64,000 nt of DNA, from the NCBI GenBank assembly GCA_963767125.1, contig CAVYDB010000001.1, positions 10,855 to 74,854 of the forward strand, given 5' to 3'. The stretch is from an uncultured Bacteroidota bacterium (GTDB taxonomy: Bacteria; Bacteroidota; Bacteroidia; JABEUT01). Below the pieces are notes generated by a model that worked only from the letters and a program-made list of their open reading frames with translations, was not told the DNA's origin and did no database searches. A program made the position numbers and the translations under genes. Shown here one piece after another: positions 9,079-19,002 of the stretch. Positions within the stretch are counted from its first letter, which is position 1; every line of letters starts with the position of its first letter.

Positions 9079-11163
9079 TCATTCCTTTTTACCGCTATTG
9101 AGTATTTGTAAATTCTTTGCAAAACCTGGAATTGCAGGATTCAGTGCGAGGGCTTTGAGGTAACAGATCCTTGCCTTTTCTACCTCTCCTTTTTCCTGGT
9201 GAACCACACCCATATCGCCTATAGCGTTAGCCGAATTTGAATCGTATTTCAACGCCAGTGAAAATTGCTCCATCGCTTTATCGAATTCTTTATGGTCAAC
9301 AAATTGTATCCCTATGTCATTATATATGGCAGATAAATTGGAACGGGCGGACAGGCTATTAGTATCTTTTTTAAGAACAAGGGTAGCATAATAAAGTGCA
9401 GGAGTAAAGTCTTTTTTACTCTGGTAGGCTACCGCCAAATTCATTAAAGGGTCTAAATCAGTAGAGTCATCTCTATATGATATTTTAAAGAATGAAATGG
9501 CAGTGTCATATCGGGCTTTGGTAAAATAAATAACGCCCAGGTTATAAGCAGCCAATGCAAAGCCCGAATCAATCTGTAGTGCCTTCCGGTATGCCAGTAC
9601 CGCACTATCAATATCACCCTGATTGTAGTAACATACCCCCAAATTATAGTCCCAATCTGAAAATGCGGAATAAATTTCTATAGCCCTTTTAAACTCATGG
9701 GTTGAAAGCGAATAAAGGGTTGCTTTATCTGCATGGGCATCTATATGTCCGGCACTATCCATTAGGAGTTTAGCGAAATAATAGTGCCCTTCAGCGCAAT
9801 TCGGCGCCGCATTAACCCTCGCCAGGGATAAGGTATAATTATTTTTCCACTCTCTGTTCCGGGGAATAACAATAACCGCATATATGATAAGCAGGTTTAT
9901 TATGGGTGCAAAAAAATAAATTCTTTTTGTCCCTGACAAGGGTGGTAACCCTATTTTAAGCACCATTGCCAGTAGAATTGGCACTGCAACACAGAAACTG
10001 AGAGAAGGAACAAAGAGGAAACGCTCTCCAAAAGTACAGGCGATTTTAATGATGAGATTCGACGACAATAAAAGTGTAATAAAAAACAGGGCAATTAAAA
10101 ATGAAAAGATAGATTTCTTCTTCAGCCCCCAAAAAATAATTCCCAGCAATGCCATAGTAGCCAGTAATGACAAAATAGGATTAATACTTGCCCAGGAATA
10201 AACAGGTATCTGGTTGTATGAATAGTCATCACTAAGCGGATAGGGGATAATATTCATGCTGATATACTTGCCCAATAAAACAAAACTCGTCGCTGTTCTT
10301 TCGGCGGTATTATGTGCGGCTGAAAGTATATTAACAATTACCGGTATTTCACTCGTGAAAGTTATATTGTGTATTACCAGGCTGCGAATAAACAGGTAAA
10401 AACCTACCAACCCGATATACGGAATAGTTTTAAGGGCTATTTCCTTTATAGTAGTGGTGGTAAAGAAATAGAGAAGCAAAGGAATGATAGCTATGAATGT
10501 AAGGCAGTTCTCCTTACAGAAAATAGCGGCACAAAATGCTGCAAGCGAAAAGAAATAATACTTGTTCTTACCTTGCTCCCTGTACAATAGCAAACAATAA
10601 AATGAGAGCAGCCCAAAAAATAAACCCATCATTTCGTCGCGGCTTTTTATATTGGCTACCACTTCCGTATGAATGGGATGAAAGGCAAACAATAAAGCAG
10701 CAGCAAAAGCAATAGCCGGATTATAGTTTTTTAATATTTTTTGTAAGAAAAAGTAGAGAAGAACAACCGTAAAAGCAAACAATAAAATATTGAAAAAATG
10801 GCTGATATGGGGGTTAAACCCGAAAACAGCAATTTCTGCCATGAAACTAAGCAGGGGCAAAGGGCGATATTGGGGGTTCCCGCCATCCTTTAAAACCCCG
10901 TAAAGAGAACCCTTATCGAAAATATCTTTAAACGCTGAAAAGCCCTTTCTTATAAATTCATTTTGGTAAGTATATATGCCATCGTCCCCGGCATACTGGT
11001 TGAACAATGTATTCCCGTAGAGTAAAAGGCATAAAACAAAAAGAACAAGGGGAATAAAATATTTCCCTTCTGAAAAGCTCAATTCCTTTTTTGTTAAAGG
11101 GCTTTTCAGGTTCTTTCCTAATGTAGGCTGGTTCCGTTTATGTATATTCCTTTCTGCTAACAT
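9079..11163 (-). CDS. TMTC-like GT-C glycosyltransferase with TPRs, paralogue 4
   Basis: AGDD, YRPL, HPIHTEVVANIKSRDE, GERFLFVPS, TPRs. Confidence 0.8.
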   Translation of the reverse strand: MLAERNIHKRNQPTLGKNLKSPLTKKELSFSEGKYFIPLVLFVLCLLLYGNTLFNQYAGDDGIYTYQNEFIRKGFSAFKDIFDKGSLYGVLKDGGNPQYRPLPLLSFMAEIAVFGFNPHISHFFNILLFAFTVVLLYFFLQKILKNYNPAIAFAAALLFAFHPIHTEVVANIKSRDEMMGLFFGLLSFYCLLLYREQGKNKYYFFSLAAFCAAIFCKENCLTFIAIIPLLLYFFTTTTIKEIALKTIPYIGLVGFYLFIRSLVIHNITFTSEIPVIVNILSAAHNTAERTATSFVLLGKYISMNIIPYPLSDDYSYNQIPVYSWASINPILSLLATMALLGIIFWGLKKKSIFSFLIALFFITLLLSSNLIIKIACTFGERFLFVPSLSFCVAVPILLAMVLKIGLPPLSGTKRIYFFAPIINLLIIYAVIVIPRNREWKNNYTLSLARVNAAPNCAEGHYYFAKLLMDSAGHIDAHADKATLYSLSTHEFKRAIEIYSAFSDWDYNLGVCYYNQGDIDSAVLAYRKALQIDSGFALAAYNLGVIYFTKARYDTAISFFKISYRDDSTDLDPLMNLAVAYQSKKDFTPALYYATLVLKKDTNSLSARSNLSAIYNDIGIQFVDHKEFDKAMEQFSLALKYDSNSANAIGDMGVVHQEKGEVEKARICYLKALALNPAIPGFAKNLQILNSGKKE

Positions 11164-11596
11164 TAATCGGGTTATTCAGTTAGAAAATTATTTTTAGGCT
11201 TGTTATCATACAATTCTCCTACAGTAAGTCACCCTGAATACTCTTTGATTTAATAGATACCTGCTTGCATTTTAGGTTTACAAAGATGATGAATTATTAT
11301 TTAAACCATCTTTAATCTGTTGCCTGTCATTCTATAAGGTAATTTAGTAAAATGTCTCGAAGAGCCAAAAAATCAGTTTAGAGTAATTTTTAAGCTACTG
11401 AGGGAGTATTTTGCTATGGAAACACCAATAAATATTTATTTTATTTAATAAGCCTTTTATTATGACAAAAATCACCCTGCAGATTGAAATATAATAAGGA
11501 TATTGCCTTCTTTAACCCTAATTATCTATTTAGCACTACATTTGCAGATTATTATAGCAGCTAATGCCGGAGAAATATATTATTTACTGACGCTGA

Positions 11597-13366
11597 ATGG
11601 GGACTAAGAATATTTATGACAGGTTTATTTTATTAGGGTATGTGGCTGCTATTGCCATATTGGCATATATAGGTATTGAATCGTTCAGGAGCACAACTAA
11701 CTACATAGCATCTGACAAAGATGTTACCAATACCCACCACATTTTAGAAATGCTGGTAACTACCCAGTTTACCCTGAAAGATGCCGAAAACTCTCAAAAG
11801 GGGTTTATTATCACCACTAAAAATATGTATCTCGATCCTTATATAAGCGATCGGGATAAGTTAAAAAAAATGACAGCGGAATTATTGGTACTTACCAATA
11901 ACATACCGGTGCAACGAAAAAATATTGTCATTATTGATTCCCTGATATCGTTACGGGTTGAATTACTGAATACAGGCATAATACTAAGGAGTGGTAAAAG
12001 CGGATTTGAGGCAGCCCAGCATATTATTGCATCCGATTCGGGGAAGGCTATATCAGATTCCATTTATGTAATCATAGACCGGGTGCAGGCAGCTACTAAT
12101 AATTCCCTTGTTGAAAAGGAAAATGACCTCATACATTACGCCGGGAATACAGGTAAGTTTTATTCGGCAGGTATTGTGGTCAGTATCTTACTGTTAATCC
12201 TTACTTATGTTCTGCACTTAAATGACCGGAAAAAGCGAAACCTTGTCGAACAAAAATTGCATGACAGCCAAAAACGATACGAATTGATTGCCCAGAACTT
12301 CCCCGACGGGACAATTAATGTGCTTAATAAAGATTTAAAATATGTTTTTGCTAATGGAAAAGAGCTCTCAAAATTTGAAATAGCCCCGGAAGATTTGATA
12401 GGTACCGAATATTTGGTGCGTTTCCCGGTTGAGAAAAGAGATTTCATAAAAAGTATGCTCATGGATGTGTTTGACCGGAAAAGCATCAGTGTTTCTTTTG
12501 AGTTTACCTATCGCGGCTTACTATATACTGCGAGTGCTGTAGCATTGTGGAACAGCAACCGGAATGACATAGACGAAATTCTACTGGTGGAACAAAATAT
12601 TACCTCTCAAAAACGGGCTGAACAGGACGTAAGAAGTTCACTGGCAAAAGAAAAACACCTGAATGAACTTACTTCGCTTATAGTTTCTATTGCATCACAT
12701 GAATTCCGTACACCACTTGGAACCATTATTTCATCTACCGAACTGATTGAAAAATATATACGTAACACCAGCGAAGTGGAACTGGTAAGGGAAAAAAGCA
12801 AAAAACACCTCTTGCGTATTAAATCCTCCGTGGACCACCTGGTAGAAATTCTAAACAGTTTCATTTCTCTTGAAAAACTTGAGCAAGGGAAGATAGAGGT
12901 GAAACCGACCCTCTTTAATATTGCTTTATTTTCTGAAGATTTGGTTGATGAACTTAGTACATCTCTGAAAAAAGAACAGTATATAACTTATTCGCATGTG
13001 GGCAGCAATACGGGGGTATTCCTTGACCAGCAAATGATGAAAAACGTAATAGTGAACCTGCTTTCCAATGCCAGCAAATACTCTCCAGAAGGTTCTCAAA
13101 TAGAGTATATAACTATCCTGAATGAAAAAGGGCTTGAAATAAATGTTATTGACCATGGCATGGGGATACCCGACAGCGACCAGGCCCACCTTTTTGAGAA
13201 CTTCTTCCGGGCAAAAAATGCGGTGAATGTGAGAGGAACCGGACTAGGGCTTAATATTGTTAAAAGATATACCGAATTAATGAAAGGCAATATCAGTTTT
13301 AAGAGCGTTGAAGGAGAAGGAACTACCTTTACAATTAATATAGCAGTGGCCAATTCAATGAATTAA
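11597..13366 (+). CDS. Sensor histidine kinase (TM-CHASE3-TM-PAS-HisKA-HATPase)
   Basis: CHASE3 DAENSQKGFIIT...YLDPY; H-box ASHEFRTPL; N-box NLLSNASKYS; G1 DHGMGI; G2 GTGLGL. Confidence 0.9.
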   Translation: MGTKNIYDRFILLGYVAAIAILAYIGIESFRSTTNYIASDKDVTNTHHILEMLVTTQFTLKDAENSQKGFIITTKNMYLDPYISDRDKLKKMTAELLVLTNNIPVQRKNIVIIDSLISLRVELLNTGIILRSGKSGFEAAQHIIASDSGKAISDSIYVIIDRVQAATNNSLVEKENDLIHYAGNTGKFYSAGIVVSILLLILTYVLHLNDRKKRNLVEQKLHDSQKRYELIAQNFPDGTINVLNKDLKYVFANGKELSKFEIAPEDLIGTEYLVRFPVEKRDFIKSMLMDVFDRKSISVSFEFTYRGLLYTASAVALWNSNRNDIDEILLVEQNITSQKRAEQDVRSSLAKEKHLNELTSLIVSIASHEFRTPLGTIISSTELIEKYIRNTSEVELVREKSKKHLLRIKSSVDHLVEILNSFISLEKLEQGKIEVKPTLFNIALFSEDLVDELSTSLKKEQYITYSHVGSNTGVFLDQQMMKNVIVNLLSNASKYSPEGSQIEYITILNEKGLEINVIDHGMGIPDSDQAHLFENFFRAKNAVNVRGTGLGLNIVKRYTELMKGNISFKSVEGEGTTFTINIAVANSMN

Positions 13367-13394
13367 CTAATCTCAATTTTTTATATTTGTACCC

Positions 13395-14447
13395 ATGAAA
13401 AAGATACTTTTAGTAGAAGATGATGCAGAAATGCGTGAAAACATTTCTGAAATTATTGACCTCGCCAATTATTCCATAGTAACTGCCGATAATGGAAACG
13501 CCGGAGTTGAGATGGCTATAAGCGAAAAACCCGATTTGATAATTTGCGATATAATGATGCCGGGAATGGATGGGTATGGTGTTTTGCAACATGTTTCCCA
13601 AAACCCTGTAACTGCGGGTATCCCGTTTATTTTTCTTTCTGCTAAAGCGGAAAAAATAGATTTGCGGAAAGGCATGAACCTGGGAGCTGATGATTATTTA
13701 ACCAAACCTGTCAGAGAGGCTGATTTACTGAATGCCATTCGCACCCGGCTGCGTCGTGCTGAGTTTTTTAGGAAGAATTATTCCCGTGATATGAGCGGGC
13801 TTGCAGAGTTTATTGATGAAGCTAAGAAATTCAGCCTCCCCCTTTCTATTGCTGCCGACTATCGCATTGAATCTTTCAGGGGGAAGGAAAGCCTGTATAA
13901 GACAGGTGATAAGCCGGTTTCGGCTTACTTTGTAATTAAAGGAAAAGTAAAAACATGGAAGGTAAACCAGGAAGGTAAAGAGTTTATCACTGAAATTTAT
14001 GCCTCCGGTGACTTCTTCGGGTACGTTGCACTGCTCGAAGGAACAGTATATAACGAATCTGCCAATGCATTTGATGAAACTGAGGTTGCCCTTGTGCCTA
14101 AGGATGACTTTCTTTCCTTAATTTATTCCAACCATGAAGTATCTGCAAGATTTGTAAAAATGCTTGCTAATAACATATCGGAAAGAGAAGAACGGCTACT
14201 AAGCCTTGCTTATAATTCAGTTCGCTCCAGGGTTGCCGATGTACTTTTGCAATTATACCGGAAGCAAGCTCAAAATGAAAATATACATATTTCCCGGGAA
14301 GAACTGGCAAGTATAGCAGGTTCTTCTACAGAATCCCTTATCCGTACTTTATCAGACTTTAAGCGTGAATGGCTTATTGAAACAGATGGACGGGAAATAA
14401 AAGTGCTCAATCCATTCGGATTGGAGCGTATCAGAAAATTTTCCTGA
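13395..14447 (+). CDS. Response regulator with REC + cNMP-binding + Crp-type HTH domains
   Basis: LLVEDD, ICDIMMP, LTKP; GDFFGY..LLE; SREELASIAGSSTESLIRTLSDF. Confidence 0.9.
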   Translation: MKKILLVEDDAEMRENISEIIDLANYSIVTADNGNAGVEMAISEKPDLIICDIMMPGMDGYGVLQHVSQNPVTAGIPFIFLSAKAEKIDLRKGMNLGADDYLTKPVREADLLNAIRTRLRRAEFFRKNYSRDMSGLAEFIDEAKKFSLPLSIAADYRIESFRGKESLYKTGDKPVSAYFVIKGKVKTWKVNQEGKEFITEIYASGDFFGYVALLEGTVYNESANAFDETEVALVPKDDFLSLIYSNHEVSARFVKMLANNISEREERLLSLAYNSVRSRVADVLLQLYRKQAQNENIHISREELASIAGSSTESLIRTLSDFKREWLIETDGREIKVLNPFGLERIRKFS

Positions 14448-14692
14448 GCCTGATTTGAAACAATTCTTAGCTCGATTTTATTTTTACATCAAAAAGAAGA
14501 GGGTAAAATGTTCGCCCTTTTCGCAAAAAACCAGTAAATAAATAAACGCGGATAACCCTATTCTAAAAATTTATTAGAAACCTTTTCATCAAAGGATTTG
14601 ATGAAAAGCAGAAACAATAAAAATATAGTAGCGACTGGAAGCAATCTTTCTTTATACCCAAACTATTCTAACCCAAATACTCCCCTAAGCCC

Positions 14693-15656
14693 TCACACCT
14701 CCACCATCTTCCGCTCAATAACTTTCTCGACGGCTCTTACAATATCGGGAGTATCCAAGCCATATTTTTTCATCAGTTCATCAGGTGTGCCGCTTTCGCC
14801 AAAGGTATCTTTTACGGCGACAAATTCCATAGGTGCAGGATATTCTTTTGCCAGCAAATGGGCGATGCTTTCGCCCATTCCTCCAAACATATTATGCTCT
14901 TCAGCAGAAACTACACATTTTGTTTTCTTTACCGATTTTAAAATAGCAGCATTATCCATAGGCTTAATGGTATGAATATTTATTATCTCTACTGAAATGC
15001 CTTTTTCTCTCATAATAGATTCAGCTTCTAATGCTTTCCAGACTAAATGCCCCGTAGCAAAAATACTTACATCGGTTCCTTCGGTGAAAGTGACGGCTTT
15101 TCCAATTTCAAAAATCTGGTCAGCAGGAGTAAATACAGGAACCGAAGGTCTTCCAAAACGTAAATAAACAGGACCACTAATTTTGCAATCGCAATGGTAG
15201 CAGCTTTCGTTTGGTTATAATCGCAGGGATTAATAACGGTCATTCCAGGCAACATTTTCATCAACCCAATATCCTCCAATATCTGGTGCGTAGCTCCATC
15301 CTCGCCAAGCGTAAGCCCTGCGTGAGATGCACATATTTTCACATTTTTCTGGAGTAGGCAATAGATTGTCTTATTTGGTCATATACCCTACCGGTAGAAA
15401 AATTAGCAAATGTTCCTGTAAAGGGAATATATCCGCCAATGGTAAGCCCTGCCGCGATACCCATCATATTAGCTTCTGCAATACCTACCTGGAAAAAGCG
15501 TTCAGGAAATTTTTTGGCAAAAGCATCCATCTTCAAAGAGCCCGTTAGGTCGGCACAAAGCGCTACTATATTCGGGTTTGTTTCTCCCAGTTCCAGCAGC
15601 CCGACTCCAAATCCCGAACGGGTATCTTTCTTTTCTGTATAGGTATATTTATTCAT
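14693..15656 (-). CDS. Transketolase C-terminal (pyrimidine-binding) subunit, split by two apparent frameshifts
   Basis: Three consecutive frames give [36 protein letters not shown] and HTIKP...AEEH; single-base losses near 15349 and 15182. Confidence 0.85.
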
Positions 15657-15668
15657 AATGCTATTTTT

Positions 15669-17060
15669 TTATTCAAGGTTTACAATGGTGGAGAGTCCGG
15701 GTTTTACTTCAAATCTGTTATCAATGGTAAATATGGTTTGTTTCACATCTTCTGGGCGGAAGACCACACGGTAATCGCCAGGTTGCAGGGTAATCATCTG
15801 TTGCAACGGACCATTATCGAGGTTGCAAACCCACACTACTTTTCCTCCTTCATCCAGGTAAATACTGCATGGCCCCTGGCTGGGTTTATTAATAGTTACC
15901 ACTCCCGCTTCGGGTATGGATACTGTAGTAGTAGAGCTTTCGGAAACCTTTACCCCGATTTCATACATCCTTGGCAGGGTAAGGATTTCAAGGTCATATT
16001 TTCCGGTGATATATTTCTCTGTTGACTCTACATATTGCACATTCAGGGTTTTAGTATCGTCATGTTTCTTCACCAAAACTCCCAGGCTCCTATAGTCATT
16101 CTCACCATCCATTACAAAGTGAAGATACCCTTGGGGTGCGTCCAGCGCAATAATATTATGTTTTCCGGCGGTAAGCGTAATATTGCTTTTTTCCACTTCA
16201 GGAATTGTATGTACCACAAGACGATAAGTAATATTCGGGTCGAGATAAATAGTATCCGGATTGCCATAATCATTAATCGTATGCATAAAATTATAAATCC
16301 TGGTTACCGGTAGTCTGGTCATAAAAAGTCATCGCCACATCTGTTTCAGTTGGCTTACCGCCGGCATCTATCAAGTTTACCTGGGCAGTGGTATTATTTA
16401 AGGCCTGTGAGATAACTATCTTCAACACATTTTTAAAATTCTCTTCCTGCCTTACATCAAAAAACTTTCCAACACAATTATATGCCCCGCTAAAATCTTC
16501 ATTGCCAATTCCAATAATAAACGGACGTAGATTTATACCTTTGGCATGCAATTTTTGGAAACTTCACATGGGTCACCACCGCATTCTTCAATGCCATCGG
16601 TAATTAAAATAACCACATCGTGGCAATGGTCGCAGGGAGTAAAATCATCAGCACATTTTCCTAATGAATACGCAATGGGTGTGGTGCCTTTAGGATCAAT
16701 GGCTTTGATGGCATATTCAATTTTCAGGGCATTATCGGGAGCAAAGGGCACAAGTAAACGGGTATCCTGGCAGTTGCGTTCGGGGTAAAGGGAGTAGTCT
16801 GCTCCAAAAGTACGTAAAGCCATTTGCAGGTCAGGCACATTACGGATGCTATCTATTATTTCGGTAAGGATTTGTTTAGCTAAATTTATTTTAATATTTT
16901 TCTGCCAACGGTCAGACATGCTGAAAGACGCATCAAACATAAATAATACCCTCGTGGTTAAATGCTGCTTTTGTTGCGCTTCCGCTTTAATACTGATAGC
17001 CAATAGCTGATAGCCGATAGCCGATAAAAATAGAACGAATTTAATATAGCGATTTCTCAC
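15669..17060 (-). CDS. Secreted VWA-domain protein, split by two apparent frameshifts
   Basis: Signal peptide, MIDAS FDASFSM, GTTPIA, ILITDGIEECGGDPC; ORFs 16533-17060, 16291-16551 and 15669-16322 overlap collinearly. Confidence 0.8.
16993..17027. repeat. Heptamer tandem repeat (CYRATAG x5) inside the VWA signal peptide
   Basis: CTGATAG CCAATAG CTGATAG CCGATAG CCGATAA. Confidence 0.75.
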
Positions 17061-17101
17061 CTATCTATATTTTCTGAATTGCCTTTTTATTTCTCACTCT
17101 C

Positions 17102-17947
17102 TTAGTAATCTCCCAGTGTTTCTTCCAATTGTGCAAGGGCTTTATTCAACTCTTCGGCATTAGGCGCAACACCATGCCACTTAAAATGGTCTTCCATATA
17201 GTCCACTCCTTTGCCGAGTATAGTTTTCATCAGTATCATTACAGGTTTTCCCTTGCCCGTATGTCTTTGAGCTTCTTTCAAGGTCGCTATTACATTTTCA
17301 ATATCATTACCATCGCATTCCAATACATCCCAACCAAAAGCGAGCCATTTGGGTTTGAGGTCTCCAATAGGTAACACATCTTCGGTTTTTCCATCTATCT
17401 GAATTCCGTTGAGGTCGAGTGAGCAAATAAGATTATCTACCTTATGGGCAGCAGCAAACATGGCTCCTTCCCATATTTGACCTTCTTCCATTTCTCCGTC
17501 ACTTTGCAGGGTATAAACAAAACTATTGTCGTTATTCAACTTCTTAGCAAGAGCAGTTCCAATAGCTACCGAAAGCCCCTGACCCAATGAGCCTGATGCC
17601 ATACGTATTCCAGGAAGCCCTTCAGCCGTAGTGGGATGCCCTTGCAAACGGGAATTCAGTTTCCGGAAAGAAGATAATTCACTCACCGGAAAAAAGCCCC
17701 TGTGCGCTAGCACACTATACCATACGGGTGAAATATGCCCGTTGGAAAGAAAGAATACATCTTCGCCTTTTCCATCCATGGTGAAATTATTAGGGTCAAT
17801 CTTCATGATTTCATAATACATGGCGACGAAAAATTCGGTGCAGCCAAGGGAGCCGCCCGGATGACCTGCATTGACGGCTGAGACCATGCGTACTATATCC
17901 CTACGCACCTGGGAGCAAATGTTTTTTAGTTCAGGGATTGTAGGCAC
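17102..17947 (-). CDS. Transketolase N-terminal (TPP-binding) subunit
   Basis: GHPGGSLG, LSNGH, LQGHP, SGSLGQG, SDGEMEEGQIWE, WHG. Confidence 0.95.
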   Translation of the reverse strand: MPTIPELKNICSQVRRDIVRMVSAVNAGHPGGSLGCTEFFVAMYYEIMKIDPNNFTMDGKGEDVFFLSNGHISPVWYSVLAHRGFFPVSELSSFRKLNSRLQGHPTTAEGLPGIRMASGSLGQGLSVAIGTALAKKLNNDNSFVYTLQSDGEMEEGQIWEGAMFAAAHKVDNLICSLDLNGIQIDGKTEDVLPIGDLKPKWLAFGWDVLECDGNDIENVIATLKEAQRHTGKGKPVMILMKTILGKGVDYMEDHFKWHGVAPNAEELNKALAQLEETLGDY

Positions 17948-18020
17948 GGTATTGTGTTTTGTGGATGTTCAAAAGTACATACATTTCTACCCTTGTCGGG
18001 GTGGTTTGTTAATAAGAAAC

Positions 18021-18222
18021 GGGGAATGTTGAAAACATTTCATTTATCCTTTAGGGAACGGTTTCAAACCGTTCCAATATATCCCACAAATGTTGTTGTA
18101 AGGAACGGTTTGAAACCGTTCCTCATTATCGGATACATTGGTTTTTTGGGGAATGGTTTGAAACCATTCCCTACCAAAATAATATATTATGTTATGGGGA
18201 ATGGTTTGAAACCGTTCTCTAC
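18021..18222. repeat. REP palindrome array upstream of the RAYT (consensus GTAGGGAAYGGTTTSAAACCRTTCCCTAC)
   Basis: Copies at about 18052, 18098, 18146 and 18194, plus a degenerate copy at 18021; 46-48 bp period. Confidence 0.9.
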
Positions 18223-18250
18223 CAAAATAAAATTCCATTAATTTTGTAAT

Positions 18251-18784
18251 ATGGTAAATATGTCATTGAAAGAACGAAAATCAAACCGGTGGAAGGGATT
18301 TAATTACGCCTCCGAAAATGCCTATTTCATAACGATATGTGTAAATGACCGGTTATGTTTGTTGGGCGCTGTTTCAGGTGGGGAAATGCAACTGAATGAA
18401 TACGGAAAAATCATAAAACAATGTTGGAACAATTTACCTAATCATTATCCGAATTGCATATTAGATGAATTTATAATTATGCCTAATCATATTCACGGAG
18501 TAATTATGATTGATAATTCAGTTTTTAAACCTACCAATATCACACCCATAGGGAATGGTTTGAAGCCATACCCTACCAGAACACATGGGTTATCTGAAAT
18601 GGTACGTGCATTAAAAACTTTTTCGTCCAGGCGAGTTAATGAATTATCGCCTCAAAGAAAATTCCATTGGCAAAAATCATTTCACGACCATGTAATTAGG
18701 GATTTTCCTTCTCTGCTCAAAATACAACAATATATTATTGCAAATCCTTTAAATTGGGAAAAAGACACGTTTTTTAACGGATGA
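18251..18784 (+). mobile_element. REP-associated tyrosine transposase (RAYT, Y1 HUH)
   Basis: YFITIC, HUH motif IMPNHIHGVI, WQKSFHDHVIR, catalytic YIIANP; flanked by REPs. Confidence 0.9.
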
Positions 18785-18815
18785 CCCATTGCATCATTAT
18801 TTAATATTTGTCATT

Positions 18816-18937
18816 GTAGGGAACGTTTTCAAACTTTTTCCATATATTTTACCAATGTCGTTACAGGGAACGGTTTGAAATCGTTCCCTATCCGTACAAT
18901 GTGTTGTGTATGGGGAATGGTCTCAACCCATCCCTAC
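18816..18937. repeat. REP array downstream of the RAYT (3 copies)
   Basis: Copies at 18816, 18863 and 18910 of the same palindrome family. Confidence 0.85.
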
Positions 18938-19002
18938 AAAAAAACGTACGTTTTACAGGGTTTTGAAATAAATATTACTTTTGAACTGTAGAATTACGGT
19001 TT

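Noticed and set aside
14693-17060. Split transketolase and VWA genes as pseudogenes or programmed frameshifts
   Set aside because: The lesions are apparent single-base indels, some in A-runs, with otherwise conserved protein sequence. This fits consensus error; reads would be needed to confirm.
18021-18222. Regularly spaced ~28-bp palindromic repeats resembling a CRISPR array
   Set aside because: Spacers are only about 18-20 bp, the repeats are degenerate, no cas gene is present, and they flank a RAYT, so they are REPs.
17954-18241. ORFs 17954-18241 (+) and 18044-18238 (-) with GNGLKPF repeats
   Set aside because: They are translations of the REP array, not credible genes.
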